From the IMG/VR virus record IMGVR_UViG_3300046703_000247, positions 19,234 to 83,233 of that record: 64,000 bases of DNA. One strand, 5' to 3'. The DNA is from a virus. Under the pieces are notes generated by a model, which was not told the DNA's origin, did not search any database, and saw only the letters and a program-made list of their open reading frames with translations. The translations under genes and the position numbers were made by a program. Below, one piece after another: positions 1-9,821 of this stretch. Positions within the stretch are counted from its first letter, which is position 1, and the number at the start of each line of letters is the position of its first letter.

Positions 1-229
1 GAAGTGGCAGGATAACGCGAATCCGTCCGGAACGACGTACCTGTTGTATCGAGCCGTGGGTGCTTGCAGCGCGACTTCGCAATTCTCGCAAATTGCGGCG
101 ACAACTAAAAAGAGCTATACGGATTTGCTCAAGCCCGGAGACTACTGCTTCCGCTGCACGGCGATAGCGAAGGGGCTTCCCGAATCCGCGCCCTCGAATC
201 TGGTCACCGTCAGAAAGGCGGACTTCTAG
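1..229 (+). CDS. FN3-like domain protein, 5' truncated by window edge
   Basis: W..Y..YRA..C....Y.D...G.YCF...A....ES.PSN pattern shared with the two repeats of the next ORF; frame is open from the window start. Confidence 0.55.
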   Translation, partial: KWQDNANPSGTTYLLYRAVGACSATSQFSQIAATTKKSYTDLLKPGDYCFRCTAIAKGLPESAPSNLVTVRKADF

Positions 230-822
230 TGAAATCCTTACTGCTATTCTTTGTTGCGATCCCCGCGTTCGCACAGGTTCACAGCGCCACACTCTCCTGG
301 AATCACGCAGACCCAGCGGCGACGTTCTCGATTTATAAGGCATCTGGACCGTGTTCGAGCAGTCCGGCGTTCGCAAAAATTGCCAGTGGCATCACCGTCA
401 AAACGTATCAGGATTTGGCCGTGGCGACCGGAGCCTACGCCTACGTCGCCACCGCAACGGTCGCGGGCGCGGAGAGCGTCTATTCCAATTGCGCGGATGC
501 CCTTGTCCCGGCGTTTGCGCCGACTGGGCTCTCTGCCGGACCTGTTGCCAATGGGGCCGTGCCGCTGACGTGGGCGGATCCGCAGGTTGGCGCGACGTGG
601 AGCGTCTATCGTTCCCCCAGCGCCTGCAACCAGACGCCGACGTGGGCCAAGCTCGTTGGCGGCCTGACGACGCGAGCATACAGCGATTCTACCGTTCCGA
701 TGGGCAGTTCCTGCTATGGGGTCACCGCCACATTGAACGGAGTAGAGTCTCCCATATCCAGCAGCGTGACCGTAACCCGGTCCGCTGCGGCCCCTACCGG
801 GTTGACGGTGCAGGTACAGTGA
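229..822 (+). CDS. Signal-peptide protein with two tandem fibronectin type III-like repeats
   Basis: MKSLLLFFVAIPAFAQ signal; internal duplication LSW..YKASGPC..Y.D..G.Y.Y..TAT..G.ES / LTW..YRSPSAC..YSD..G..CY.VTAT.NG.ES. Confidence 0.65.
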   Translation: MKSLLLFFVAIPAFAQVHSATLSWNHADPAATFSIYKASGPCSSSPAFAKIASGITVKTYQDLAVATGAYAYVATATVAGAESVYSNCADALVPAFAPTGLSAGPVANGAVPLTWADPQVGATWSVYRSPSACNQTPTWAKLVGGLTTRAYSDSTVPMGSSCYGVTATLNGVESPISSSVTVTRSAAAPTGLTVQVQ

Positions 823-834
823 TTTCCCACCACC

Positions 835-1215
835 ATGTCTAGAGCCATGGAATACGCGGGCTTGGGGACGATGCAATTGCGGCCCTTTAAGCCCGGCCAG
901 TTGCTTCACCGTCGCGTTCAGCAGCCGCCGCGCGAACTCCCACTGCTGACCACGCGGCAGGCGCAGGTTGTCGCGCTGGTGCGGGAGGGTATCCACTCCA
1001 CAAAGGAGATTGCGTTTCGCATGGGGTGGACGCCTCAAAGCGCGAAAGTGATGCTGGTGCTGCTCTATCGGAGACTGCAAGCGAATGGCTACGGCGTGGA
1101 CAACTTGACCTCGCTAGCCATCTGGGCCTTCGCTCCAGAGGTTCTCCGCAGGGAAGAAAAGGGTTCTAGGAAAAAGGAACCGTCCGGTTCCGTTTCCCTG
1201 GAGCTTCAACCGTAA
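835..1215 (+). CDS. LuxR/GerE-type HTH protein
   Basis: LTTRQAQVVALVREG.STKEIAFRMG.TPQSAKVML..LYRRL; C-terminus is encoded by repeat copy 1. Confidence 0.65.
   Translation: MSRAMEYAGLGTMQLRPFKPGQLLHRRVQQPPRELPLLTTRQAQVVALVREGIHSTKEIAFRMGWTPQSAKVMLVLLYRRLQANGYGVDNLTSLAIWAFAPEVLRREEKGSRKKEPSGSVSLELQP
1150..1211 (+). repeat. Dispersed hairpin element copy 1 (in-frame, LuxR C-terminus)
   Basis: AGGGAAGAAAAGGG..GGAAAAAGGAACC-GTCC-GGTTCCGTTTCCCTGGAGCTTC. Confidence 0.9.
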
Positions 1216-1239
1216 AGCAATTCTCGACAGTTTAGGCCC

Positions 1240-2691
1240 ATGCCCGCACCTGGCGCAGTCACTTTCACTCCCTTCGTGGACATCTACGGGATGCTCTCGC
1301 TCAAGGACATCCGGGTCTCCTCGTGGGAGGACGACAGCGGTTCGAACGGAGACGTAGCCCCTTACGTTCCGCTGAGAACCCCGCTCTTCAAGAGCCGCAT
1401 CGACCCAACTTCGGGCGCTCCCGCCCAAGATCAACGCAATGTGTTTGGAGCATCGCAGGATGCCCGCATAGAGGCCGGCGCAAACCTGACGCGCACCTGG
1501 GTACTGTTCTTCGAGAAAATCGCCGAGTTGCTCAAGCGAGTGGTCAGCCGTTCCCGGCGCCTGCATGCGCTGGTTTGCTACATCGATGAGACCGAGACGG
1601 ATCAGGTGTGGGCCGAGATTCAAGCGGTGGACGCTTCGACCGACCCCATTGTTGTGGGCAATCTGATACCGCCGCCGCTGCTCCGCTCCTTGCCCCAGAC
1701 GGACGCCTCTCCCTACCCACGTGACTGGGTGGTAGGCGATTACGTGGTCTGGAACGATCCCGAGAGATCCGCGGTGGACCTGACCCGCCGGCGTTATGAG
1801 TGCGGTCAGATCACGGCCATCTCCGACACGGGAGACTGGACAATTCGGCGCCACTGGCCCGAATCGACTCCCGGGAACCGCGCCACCTTCGGCAGCTACA
1901 TGGAAGCGCATCCGGCGGTACGCCTCTACCGGATTGAGGTTGCCCACTTCACCTATGAGATTGTCGAAAACGCCTTCATGGTGGACAGCGATGGGAACCG
2001 CTCGGGAGTTCCAAAGCGCTGGGACATTGTACTGCCGCATGCCGCAGTCGTGGCCGTGTACATGGCGGCCGAAAACAGCACCGGGATGGGCCCGGCCACC
2101 GAAGTGAATTGCAGCTACCCGTACACGAGCATCAACCCCGCCTTGCTCCCTCCCGCTCCCGGGCTCCGGACTCACGTGGGGGCCGCGTACTGGTTTGAAG
2201 AGCCGGGAACCATTGCGCTGCGCACCCGGCCGGAAGGCTTGACGTTCAATTTCTACCCGACACTGCCCATCCGGATTCAAGACTGGGCCACCATCCGGAC
2301 CATGTACGGGTTTCTGGGGACTCCCTCCGGCGACCTCACCGTCCGAGTGAAGATACTCCGTGCCTCCGAGCGGCTTCCAGACGTTCAGCTTTACGATCCC
2401 AGCCAGCCCTGGCGGGACCTCGAGGACCTGGTCTGGGCCAGCGGGGAGATTTCGAGCGCAGACAAGGGGCCCGGCTGGACAGCCCCTGGAACCAGCAACC
2501 CGCCCCGGGAGCGCCGGATGCCGTACTGCGAAAACGACCTGTTCTATTGGGACCCCGAGGACGTGGGCGATCCAGACTACGTCAAGAAAGCTTGGCCGGT
2601 ACCGGTGATGGAAGCCGACGCCTGGCTGACCTTTGACATTGTCTCGATGGCCGGGGCTCCGGCGGACATCAGTGTGGTGGTGCAGACATGA
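1240..2691 (+). CDS. Hypothetical, probable virion/tail protein
   Basis: 483-aa ORF with genome-typical codon usage in the structural operon. Confidence 0.5.
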   Translation: MPAPGAVTFTPFVDIYGMLSLKDIRVSSWEDDSGSNGDVAPYVPLRTPLFKSRIDPTSGAPAQDQRNVFGASQDARIEAGANLTRTWVLFFEKIAELLKRVVSRSRRLHALVCYIDETETDQVWAEIQAVDASTDPIVVGNLIPPPLLRSLPQTDASPYPRDWVVGDYVVWNDPERSAVDLTRRRYECGQITAISDTGDWTIRRHWPESTPGNRATFGSYMEAHPAVRLYRIEVAHFTYEIVENAFMVDSDGNRSGVPKRWDIVLPHAAVVAVYMAAENSTGMGPATEVNCSYPYTSINPALLPPAPGLRTHVGAAYWFEEPGTIALRTRPEGLTFNFYPTLPIRIQDWATIRTMYGFLGTPSGDLTVRVKILRASERLPDVQLYDPSQPWRDLEDLVWASGEISSADKGPGWTAPGTSNPPRERRMPYCENDLFYWDPEDVGDPDYVKKAWPVPVMEADAWLTFDIVSMAGAPADISVVVQT

Positions 2692-3110
2692 GCAAGACCG
2701 TCTTTAATGTGTCCGCCCTAACCAGACCCGATCCCACGGCCAGCGATGCGGAGAAAGCTACACACTTTCTCGCGCAACTGCGCGTCCGAACTTTGGAAAG
2801 CCTGCAAACCCTCCACGTCGTTGCAATACCCGATGCCGCCTACTGCCTGGATCTATCCCTACAGCGGCTGGACCTCGATGCGTTAAACCGCGCGTGCATC
2901 GACAAGCTGCTGTCCATGCCGCGCGACGAGGTGCTTCCCGCCGCCGCCGATTCCTTCTGGTCGCAGACCTACCCGCACGCCCACATCCGATGTCTCAAGC
3001 GCTACGTGATTCGGGTGCAGGGCAGGGGGGGGACTTGGGTAGGGGTGATGGTCATGGACGGCGCAGCGATGGGCTTTGACGGGAAAGGATTTCCCCATGG
3101 CCTGGATTAA
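2688..3110 (+). CDS. Hypothetical protein
   Basis: ATGA overlap with the upstream stop codon. Confidence 0.5.
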   Translation: MSKTVFNVSALTRPDPTASDAEKATHFLAQLRVRTLESLQTLHVVAIPDAAYCLDLSLQRLDLDALNRACIDKLLSMPRDEVLPAAADSFWSQTYPHAHIRCLKRYVIRVQGRGGTWVGVMVMDGAAMGFDGKGFPHGLD

Positions 3111-4347
3111 CGGACCAGCCCTGCTTTTGCAGGCACCCACTTGGCCGATGCTGCTGGGGTCAACCGATTCCGGCCCCTGGCAGAACGTCTCCACGGGAAA
3201 ATTCTACTGCGCGCTGACCTATTACGATCCCGTTGCGGGTGACCGGTACTTTCGAATCTACCGTGCGGATGACAGCGCAACCAGCCCGTGGGTGTCGGTT
3301 CTCGATCTGCCGAACTACCGCAATGGCGGCACCCCTACGTTCGGATTCGACCCCTCCACCGGAATCATCACCGCGTACTACCCGATCACCCCGAGCGGGT
3401 ATCGGTTGGGAGAATTCGACACCAACACGGAATCTTGGACAACCTTAGCAAGTTCTGGTGGCCCGACCGCGTTTTCGTACCTGCAGGTTCAGAGATGCGC
3501 AGACGGTTCCACCCTGTTGGCCTATAACGGTGGCTCGCCAGCGCACACGTTGGGCCAACGCTACGCATCTGGATGGGGCGCCGTCTTCGACATTGCATCA
3601 GTGAGCGCCCCCCCTTTGGGCACGGCCGCGGACGGGAGCATCGTATATGTGCTCTACCGGGAAGCGGCCAGCACGACGGCCAAAATCGCCAGGGTGCTGG
3701 CGGACAACACGATTGATTGGACGGTGACCGTCGCAAACTGGCCCTCCCTCCCTTCTTACCTCAATAACCTGTTCTTACAGCTTCACGACGGCCCGCCACA
3801 GGAGTTTGTGGTGGGTAGTGCCGACAAGACGTGGACGGGTCCAGTTGCGGCCGACGCGACGTTTACCGAGGCTCCCGTACTAGGTGTTCCGGCTGGCGGG
3901 ACCTCTTTAGATTATTCAAGGAGCATCGTCCGCCGCCCCGATGGGGTTGTATGGCAAATCTGGAATGTTCAAGTTGTCACGTGGGTAGGAGAGGTTGCCA
4001 CCCTAACCTTCGACGGCATGTACGCCCGGCAGTACCTGGGCGGGAACGCGTGGGGAGCCGATCAAGTCGGAATTGATTTCGTCGAGCATCCGCCGGACAT
4101 GCCCCCCGCGTTCACTCCACCTGGCTTTCCGGACGGCCCATATCTGTATCAGTACAGCCACGCCCAATGGACGACGCGAGGATCGAACGCCGGCTTCGGG
4201 ATCATTTGTGACTTTCTCGTCAACGACACCAACCTGACCTGTACTATTTTCTTCAGCGAATTCGACGCTATCCCCGAAGTTCCGCCGGTTGTGACGGCCC
4301 TGCGCTCCCGCACCTGCTACTACAAGCCCTTTTTTCCACCGCGATGA
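3097..4347 (+). CDS. Hypothetical beta-rich, probable virion protein
   Basis: W/Y/G/T-rich ORF, AAGGA upstream of ATG 3097. Confidence 0.5.
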   Translation: MAWINGPALLLQAPTWPMLLGSTDSGPWQNVSTGKFYCALTYYDPVAGDRYFRIYRADDSATSPWVSVLDLPNYRNGGTPTFGFDPSTGIITAYYPITPSGYRLGEFDTNTESWTTLASSGGPTAFSYLQVQRCADGSTLLAYNGGSPAHTLGQRYASGWGAVFDIASVSAPPLGTAADGSIVYVLYREAASTTAKIARVLADNTIDWTVTVANWPSLPSYLNNLFLQLHDGPPQEFVVGSADKTWTGPVAADATFTEAPVLGVPAGGTSLDYSRSIVRRPDGVVWQIWNVQVVTWVGEVATLTFDGMYARQYLGGNAWGADQVGIDFVEHPPDMPPAFTPPGFPDGPYLYQYSHAQWTTRGSNAGFGIICDFLVNDTNLTCTIFFSEFDAIPEVPPVVTALRSRTCYYKPFFPPR

Positions 4348-4363
4348 TCCGAACGGCGCTGCC

Positions 4364-4831
4364 GTGACCCAATTCGAGCGCACCAACGACATGGAACTCG
4401 TTAGGAAGATTCTCGCGCATCCCAGGCTGTGGGATCACATGACGGACGACTTCTGTCCGACCCGCGAAGAGTTCACGCCCGTCAATGACCCGCTGGTCTG
4501 GTACGTTCTCGCGACGGATGGCCCTGACGTGCTGGGCTTGTTTCTGTTCAGCCCCCAGAACGGAATTTGCTGGGACGCACACGTCTGCATACTGCCGCAC
4601 GCATGGGGAGCCCGAGCGCAACAGGCGGTCCGGGGCGTGATTCAGTGGGTCTTCGACACGACGCCCTGCCGCCGGATCGTAGCCTCGATCCCCGAGTACA
4701 ACCGCCTGGTGCTGCGCTTCGCGGAGCGCGCCGGGTTTGAGGTGTTCGGGGTGAATCGGAGAAGTTTCCAGAAAAACGGCAGGTTGCAGGACCAGATCAT
4801 GTTAGGAATTTCCAAATCGGAGGTGGTGTGA
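4364..4831 (+). CDS. GNAT-fold protein, P22 gp14/DUF2824-like
   Basis: H.CILP.AWG...RRIVASIPEYNR...FAERAGFE..G motif; directly precedes the ejection gene as in P22. Confidence 0.7.
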   Translation: MTQFERTNDMELVRKILAHPRLWDHMTDDFCPTREEFTPVNDPLVWYVLATDGPDVLGLFLFSPQNGICWDAHVCILPHAWGARAQQAVRGVIQWVFDTTPCRRIVASIPEYNRLVLRFAERAGFEVFGVNRRSFQKNGRLQDQIMLGISKSEVV

Positions 4832-4832
4832 C

Positions 4833-5693
4833 ATGCCGCCAATCGTAATTGCAGGAGCGATTTCAGCCGGAGCTTCTATCGGTGGGGCTCTCATTAACAA
4901 GAGTTCCGCCAATAAGGCGGCCGAGATTCAGGCCGAAGCCGCACGCAAGGCAGACGAGGTCGCCAACAAGCAGGCGGGCTACGTGGCCGACACGGGTTAC
5001 GGCCTGGCCACCAACCTGCGCGACGCGGGCACCGCCAACGAGCAGACGCTGCAGCAGGTATCGGGAACCGGCGAGAAAGCGCTGTCCCCGTACCTCGAGG
5101 CGGGCACGTATGGGGTGACGGCGCTCAAGGACCTCGGTCAGAACTTGAACAAGCCGGTCACAATGGCCGATTTACAACTCGACCCCGGCTTCCAGTTTCG
5201 GATGGAGGAAGGGCAGAAGGCGCTGGAGCGCTCGGCCTCAGCTCGAGGAGGTCTGCTCGGCGGCGGAACCCTGAAATCCCTGGCGCGCTATTCGCAAGGC
5301 GTAGCTTCGGACGAATACCAGAAGGCCTTCGACCGGTACCAGACCGACAATGCCGCGCGCTTCTCAAGGCTGTCCACGCTCACAGGTGTCGGGCAGAACG
5401 CCACCGGCAGCCTGCTGGATCTGAGCAAGTGGTACGGGACCAGTTCCACCGGCAACCGCACGGATACCGAATCGAGAGCTGCCAGCCTGGCCATGGGCGG
5501 AGTGACCGGGGCGGCCGATCTGCGCATGAAGGGGGCTGAGGCCGGCCTACAAGGAGCGAACGCATCGGCAGCCGGCACCGTGGCATCGGGCAACGCCTGG
5601 GCGCAAGGATTGAGCGGGGCGGGCTCGAGCATCTCGAACGCCATCCTGCTCTCTCAGATGCTGAAGCCGCAGACGCAGCCAATCAATATCTAA
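4833..5693 (+). CDS. DNA ejection protein, P22 gp7-like
   Basis: A/G-rich; DPGFQFR..EG.KALERSASARGGL.GG.TLK.L..Y.QG.AS.EY signature. Confidence 0.75.
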   Translation: MPPIVIAGAISAGASIGGALINKSSANKAAEIQAEAARKADEVANKQAGYVADTGYGLATNLRDAGTANEQTLQQVSGTGEKALSPYLEAGTYGVTALKDLGQNLNKPVTMADLQLDPGFQFRMEEGQKALERSASARGGLLGGGTLKSLARYSQGVASDEYQKAFDRYQTDNAARFSRLSTLTGVGQNATGSLLDLSKWYGTSSTGNRTDTESRAASLAMGGVTGAADLRMKGAEAGLQGANASAAGTVASGNAWAQGLSGAGSSISNAILLSQMLKPQTQPINI

Positions 5694-5695
5694 TT

Positions 5696-5750
5696 GAAGC
5701 CACCAGGGGCGAGACCCGGCGGTCTCTCCCCCGGTACCCCCTCGTCCCTG
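5696..5750 (-). repeat. Hairpin element copy 2 (intergenic)
   Basis: Reverse complement CAGGGACGAGGGGG..GGGGGAGAGACC-GCCG-GGTCTCGCCCC. Confidence 0.9.
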
Positions 5751-5764
5751 ATCTGCTCCGTCCG

Positions 5765-5820
5765 AAGGGAGAAAAAGGGTTTGGGAAAAGGAACCATAGG
5801 TTCCGTTTCCCGAGGCCCCA
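5765..5820 (+). repeat. Hairpin element copy 3 (intergenic, back-to-back with copy 2)
   Basis: AAGGGAGAAAAAGGG..GGGAAAAGGAACC-ATA-GGTTCCGTTTCCC. Confidence 0.9.
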
Positions 5821-5839
5821 CTTGAAAGAGGCAATCTTT

Positions 5840-7144
5840 ATGGAACACAAACGCAGTTTCCCACGGGCCATTCTTGGCCTGATCGCGGTTATGGTCCTGT
5901 CGGTAGTCGCACTGAACTGGCAGACCCTGGCCCAGAGCACCGGGCAGTCGGCCATGTACGCGCAGATCTTCAAGACCCAGACGTCGACGGGCCGCAGCCT
6001 GATCTTTGTAGATGCCCGGGGAGTCGGCGCGACCAACCACGTCTTCACCTGGACTACGGCTGGAGTTCCCAGCGGCTGCACCCTGCTCATCGAATCGAGT
6101 CTGGATGCCGTCACCTGGACCACGGCGAGCACCCAGACCTGCACCTCGAGCGGGAGTGTGACCCTCGCAGATGCCAGTTATTCCTTCCTGACCGCGAATC
6201 TGAGCGTGCTGACGGGCGGCTCTACGCCGTCGATCGACGTGGCCTATCGCGGGTACCTGCCGGGGCAGGGCGTCCCCGTGCGCCCGGCGGAAGGCGGGAC
6301 CGGCAGCACAACCGCCTTCACGGCGGGCTCGGTGCTCTTCAGCGGAGCCTTGGGTGTCTACACCCAGGACAATGCCAACTTCTTCTGGGACAACTCAAAT
6401 AAGCGCCTGTGCCTGCTGGCGGCCGCCTGTTCGAACACTCTCGACGTTGGCAACGGCAAGTTCTCGGTGACTTCGAACGGGCTGCTCACGAGCTACGACG
6501 CCACCCTGCGTGCGCGCGTGGCCGGGAGCGTGGCCAGCACGGTAACAGGGGCAGCCTCCCAGACCGCCGCTCTCAGCGAGTGGAAGAACAGCGCGGGAAG
6601 CGTGCTGGCGAGTGTCACGGCAGCCGGGGTGATCACCCCGACCTCGGGTATCGCGGGGACCGGGAAGTCCCGGTTCTCGACCGTGCCGATTGGCTTCACC
6701 GCCTACGGCTCCTTTGGAACCAACACAACTCTGGTTGCCGGAACGATCTATTGGGCCGAGGTCTTCATCCCGCGCAACGTCACCCTCACGGGGATCGGCG
6801 TCTTGAACGGCGCGACCGTGGGCACCGACAAGTGGATTGTGGGGCTGTACGGATCTGCGGGTGGCGCCGTGTTGGCCAACAGCGCCCTGGCCGGAGCGAC
6901 TGCGAGCGGCGCGGACGCCTTCCAGGAGCTGGCTTTCACGGCGACCTATGCGGCGGTCGGACCGGCGCGGTACTGGATCGCATTTCAATCCAACGGAACC
7001 ACCGCCAAGATCCGCACGATTGCGGTGAACACGTTTGTGGATGTGCTGACCGATAGCGATACAGGATCGTTTGGGATACTGACGGCTTTGACGGCGCCGA
7101 CCACGTTCACAGCGGATTTGGGACCCATAGCCTACGTGTACTGA
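5840..7144 (+). CDS. G/T/A/S-rich fibre-like protein with N-terminal hydrophobic or signal segment
   Basis: GGTG.T.AFTAGSVLF....YTQDNANFFWD..NKRL fibre-type motif; AILGLIAVMVLSVVAL at the N-terminus. Confidence 0.55.
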   Translation: MEHKRSFPRAILGLIAVMVLSVVALNWQTLAQSTGQSAMYAQIFKTQTSTGRSLIFVDARGVGATNHVFTWTTAGVPSGCTLLIESSLDAVTWTTASTQTCTSSGSVTLADASYSFLTANLSVLTGGSTPSIDVAYRGYLPGQGVPVRPAEGGTGSTTAFTAGSVLFSGALGVYTQDNANFFWDNSNKRLCLLAAACSNTLDVGNGKFSVTSNGLLTSYDATLRARVAGSVASTVTGAASQTAALSEWKNSAGSVLASVTAAGVITPTSGIAGTGKSRFSTVPIGFTAYGSFGTNTTLVAGTIYWAEVFIPRNVTLTGIGVLNGATVGTDKWIVGLYGSAGGAVLANSALAGATASGADAFQELAFTATYAAVGPARYWIAFQSNGTTAKIRTIAVNTFVDVLTDSDTGSFGILTALTAPTTFTADLGPIAYVY

Positions 7145-7153
7145 GCGATTAGA

Positions 7154-7210
7154 GGCCGAAGCCTCGGGGACGAAACCCGGCGGTTTCTTCCCCAAACCCC
7201 TTCATCCCTG
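7154..7210 (-). repeat. Hairpin element copy 4 (intergenic)
   Basis: Reverse complement CAGGGATGAAGGGG..GGGGAAGAAACC-GCCG-GGTTTCGTCCCC. Confidence 0.9.
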
Positions 7211-7216
7211 ATCGCA

Positions 7217-7525
7217 ATGCCCAAGCTCAAAGGCGTCAGCAACTCCGAGGGCCAGCGTCTGGGCTACATGATGGAGTGCCCCGGCTGCGGCCAGTGGCAC
7301 GTCATCTACACCGAACAAGCCAACGACCTCAAGGCCCGCTGGACCTTCGACGGAAACATGGAGAAGCCCACCTTCCACCCTTCCATTCTGTGCCGCTGGA
7401 CCGAAGGCAAGGAGCAGGTGAAGAAGGTCTGTCACTTCTTTGTGCGCGCGGGCAAGATCGAGTTCTGCGGCGACTCGACACACGCGCTGGCGGGTAAGAC
7501 CGTAGATCTACCGGACTGGAGTTAA
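7217..7525 (+). CDS. Small Cys/His protein, DUF6527-like
   Basis: CPGC..H...W.FDG..EKPTF.PSIL...CHFFV..G.I.FC.DSTH.LAG.TVDLP. Confidence 0.65.
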   Translation: MPKLKGVSNSEGQRLGYMMECPGCGQWHVIYTEQANDLKARWTFDGNMEKPTFHPSILCRWTEGKEQVKKVCHFFVRAGKIEFCGDSTHALAGKTVDLPDWS

Positions 7526-7531
7526 CTGCTA

Positions 7532-7855
7532 ATGCCAATCCCAGAAATGCTTTGGTGGCTGATCGTCGCGCACGCCCTCTGCGACTTCCCGTTGCAGGGC
7601 GACTTCCTGGCGCGCGGGAAGAACCACCGCGCTCCGATTGCCGGGGTGCCCTGGATTATCTGTCTCTTCTCCCACGCGCTGATTCACGGCGGAGCGGTGG
7701 CGCTCGTGACCGGCAGCGTCTTACTCGGAGCGGCCGAGACTGCCGCACACGCCTGGATTGACTGGGCCAAGTGCGACGGCCGCTACGGGTTCGCGGTGGA
7801 CCAAGGGCTGCATCTGCTGGTCAAGGTCGGGTGGGTGATTTGGCTGACGCGCTAG
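7532..7855 (+). CDS. Membrane protein, DUF3307-like
   Basis: H.L.DFPLQ...K...H..IH...H..ID..K...DQ.LH motif. Confidence 0.7.
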   Translation: MPIPEMLWWLIVAHALCDFPLQGDFLARGKNHRAPIAGVPWIICLFSHALIHGGAVALVTGSVLLGAAETAAHAWIDWAKCDGRYGFAVDQGLHLLVKVGWVIWLTR

Positions 7856-7858
7856 AAC

Positions 7859-8173
7859 TCAGCCGTGCCGGTGCCGGCGAGCGCGGCGAGGAATCCATGG
7901 CGGTTCAGGGCTTCTTTTCATGGACACTTTCTTTCCCAATACAGGCTGGAAGCAGAAGGACGATTCAACCACTTCCGTGATTCGGAACTGTGTCGGGTCC
8001 TCAAAGAACGTAACAATGTCCCCAACATTGAGAAATGCCAGACCATTGACCTGGCAAGCAGTTCCCGGCGGAATACATCCGAGAGACGGGATGCCGGCTG
8101 CCGGTGCGGGCTGCGGCAGCAGTGGCGCGGCAATCGCGCCCGCCAGCGCTCCGATGAACCCGCGTCGATTCAT
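7859..8173 (-). CDS. Small protein with twin-arginine-like N-terminus
   Basis: MNRRGFIGALAGAIAAP; TG-n-CAGAAT 6 nt upstream of the ATG. Confidence 0.5.
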   Translation of the reverse strand: MNRRGFIGALAGAIAAPLLPQPAPAAGIPSLGCIPPGTACQVNGLAFLNVGDIVTFFEDPTQFRITEVVESSFCFQPVLGKKVSMKRSPEPPWIPRRARRHRHG

Positions 8174-8191
8174 AAACCCATTCTGCCACCG

Positions 8192-8248
8192 AAGGGAAAA
8201 GAAAGGTTCGGAAAGAGAAACCTCGGTTTCGTTTTCCGAGGCCCCCAG
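8192..8248 (+). repeat. Hairpin element copy 5 (intergenic)
   Basis: AAGGGAAAAGAAAGG..CGGAAAGAGAAACC-TC-GGTTTCGTTTTCCG. Confidence 0.85.
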
Positions 8249-8263
8249 TAAAGGAACCGTGCC

Positions 8264-9820
8264 ATGCCGATAGATCCATCCATCCCTTTGCAAGTGAAAT
8301 CCTACCAGCCCCCGGACTTCATGGAGCAGTACGGCCAGGTGCTGAGCCTGCGCAACCTCCAGGAGCGCGGCAAGATGAGCGCCATCCAACTGCGCCAGGC
8401 GCAAGCCGAGGAGCAGCAACGCCAGCGTGACTTGAGGGATCAGCAGGGGATCGAGGCCTCCTACGTCAAAGCCGAGGGCGACCCCGACAAGTTCGAGGCT
8501 TTCGCTAGAGAGAGTGGAGTGTCCCCCAACGGCCTGTTGAAGGTTCGTGGCCTGGTGCTCGACCAGAAGACCAAAATGGAGACGCTCGATGAGAAACAGC
8601 GCGCCAACGCCCGGCAGCAGGCTGAACTTCGCGCCGGCTATATGGCACCGCTCTCTGCAGCCCCCCCCGAGCAGCGGCCAGCGCTGTGGGGAGTCACCCG
8701 GTCACAGGTGATTGCGGCGGGGCATGCCAAGGAAGATCAGATCCCCGTCGATTACCCCGGCGATCAGGTTTTCGAAATCGAATATGCCGGAGCCCTGGGA
8801 ACGAAGAACTACCTAGAGCAACTGGACAAGAGGGCGCAGGAACAGCGCAACCAGGCCGAGGAGACCCGCAAGGCAGCCGAAGAGGGGCGCAAAGCGGAAG
8901 AGTACGGGGTGAAACTCCCCGGCACGCGCGCGGACGCAACCGGGAAGGTTCGCCAGGACGCCGCCGCACGGTTGGCCGCGGCGGGCTCAGCCGAGGCTTA
9001 CCGCACGATCTGGGAACAGTTGCCGGCGGGAGTAGCGCGGGACTTCGACCCGCCCGAGACGTGGGACGCGAAAAAGACCCCGGAGCGGTCTCGCCAGTTT
9101 GGTATGACGCCCACCGAGCAGGCTACCTCGCTGCGTGGGAACCGGCCCGAAGTGCTGCGCACCCCCGAGGGGACGTATCTGACCGATGTCGGTACGGGAG
9201 AATCCATCGAAGCCAAGACTCCCGCCGGAGGCCCAATCAAAGCAATCACTGGGGTTCCGCGCACCGCCGAAGGGTTTACACCAGGCGAAGCGGCCCGCCG
9301 GCTCGATCAAGGCATGGCTGAAGCCGACAGGGCGCAGGTGGAGGAGCAGGAGCAACACCAACTCCGCATCCGCGCCGGGAACGTCATCAAACTGATTCGA
9401 GACGCGCAGAAGGCCGGCAAGCCCACCTACACTGCCGCCGATGGTAGGGAGTATCCCGCGACCAATGAGCAAGCCAAGTTGCTCCAAACCGAGTTCGATG
9501 CGGCAACCCAGAGAGTCACCGCCCTACAGCGCAAGCAACGGGATCTTCGCCAGAAGTTCAAGGTGGGAGAATTCTCCGAGCAACCCTCGGCCAGGGTCCC
9601 GCTCTCCCAAACCGGCACACCTCCGCCGGTTGCGGCACCTCCCCCGGCGGCGCCCGGACGTGGCGGGGTCCCTGCGCAGACCCCGCCCGCCCCGGGCCGG
9701 GGAACCCCGGCACCGGCCGCGCCCGCAAGACCCGGCAAAATCCACGTGCGCCTGAAGGACGGGCGCCCCGGCTGGATCATCCCTGCCGAGTTTGACGACA
9801 AGACCATGACCAAGCTCTAG
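8264..9820 (+). CDS. Ejection protein, gp20-like by position
   Basis: MPIDPSIPLQVK start, Q/A/E coiled coil, lies between the gp7-like gene and the giant protein. Confidence 0.55.
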   Translation: MPIDPSIPLQVKSYQPPDFMEQYGQVLSLRNLQERGKMSAIQLRQAQAEEQQRQRDLRDQQGIEASYVKAEGDPDKFEAFARESGVSPNGLLKVRGLVLDQKTKMETLDEKQRANARQQAELRAGYMAPLSAAPPEQRPALWGVTRSQVIAAGHAKEDQIPVDYPGDQVFEIEYAGALGTKNYLEQLDKRAQEQRNQAEETRKAAEEGRKAEEYGVKLPGTRADATGKVRQDAAARLAAAGSAEAYRTIWEQLPAGVARDFDPPETWDAKKTPERSRQFGMTPTEQATSLRGNRPEVLRTPEGTYLTDVGTGESIEAKTPAGGPIKAITGVPRTAEGFTPGEAARRLDQGMAEADRAQVEEQEQHQLRIRAGNVIKLIRDAQKAGKPTYTAADGREYPATNEQAKLLQTEFDAATQRVTALQRKQRDLRQKFKVGEFSEQPSARVPLSQTGTPPPVAAPPPAAPGRGGVPAQTPPAPGRGTPAPAAPARPGKIHVRLKDGRPGWIIPAEFDDKTMTKL

Positions 9821-9821
9821 C

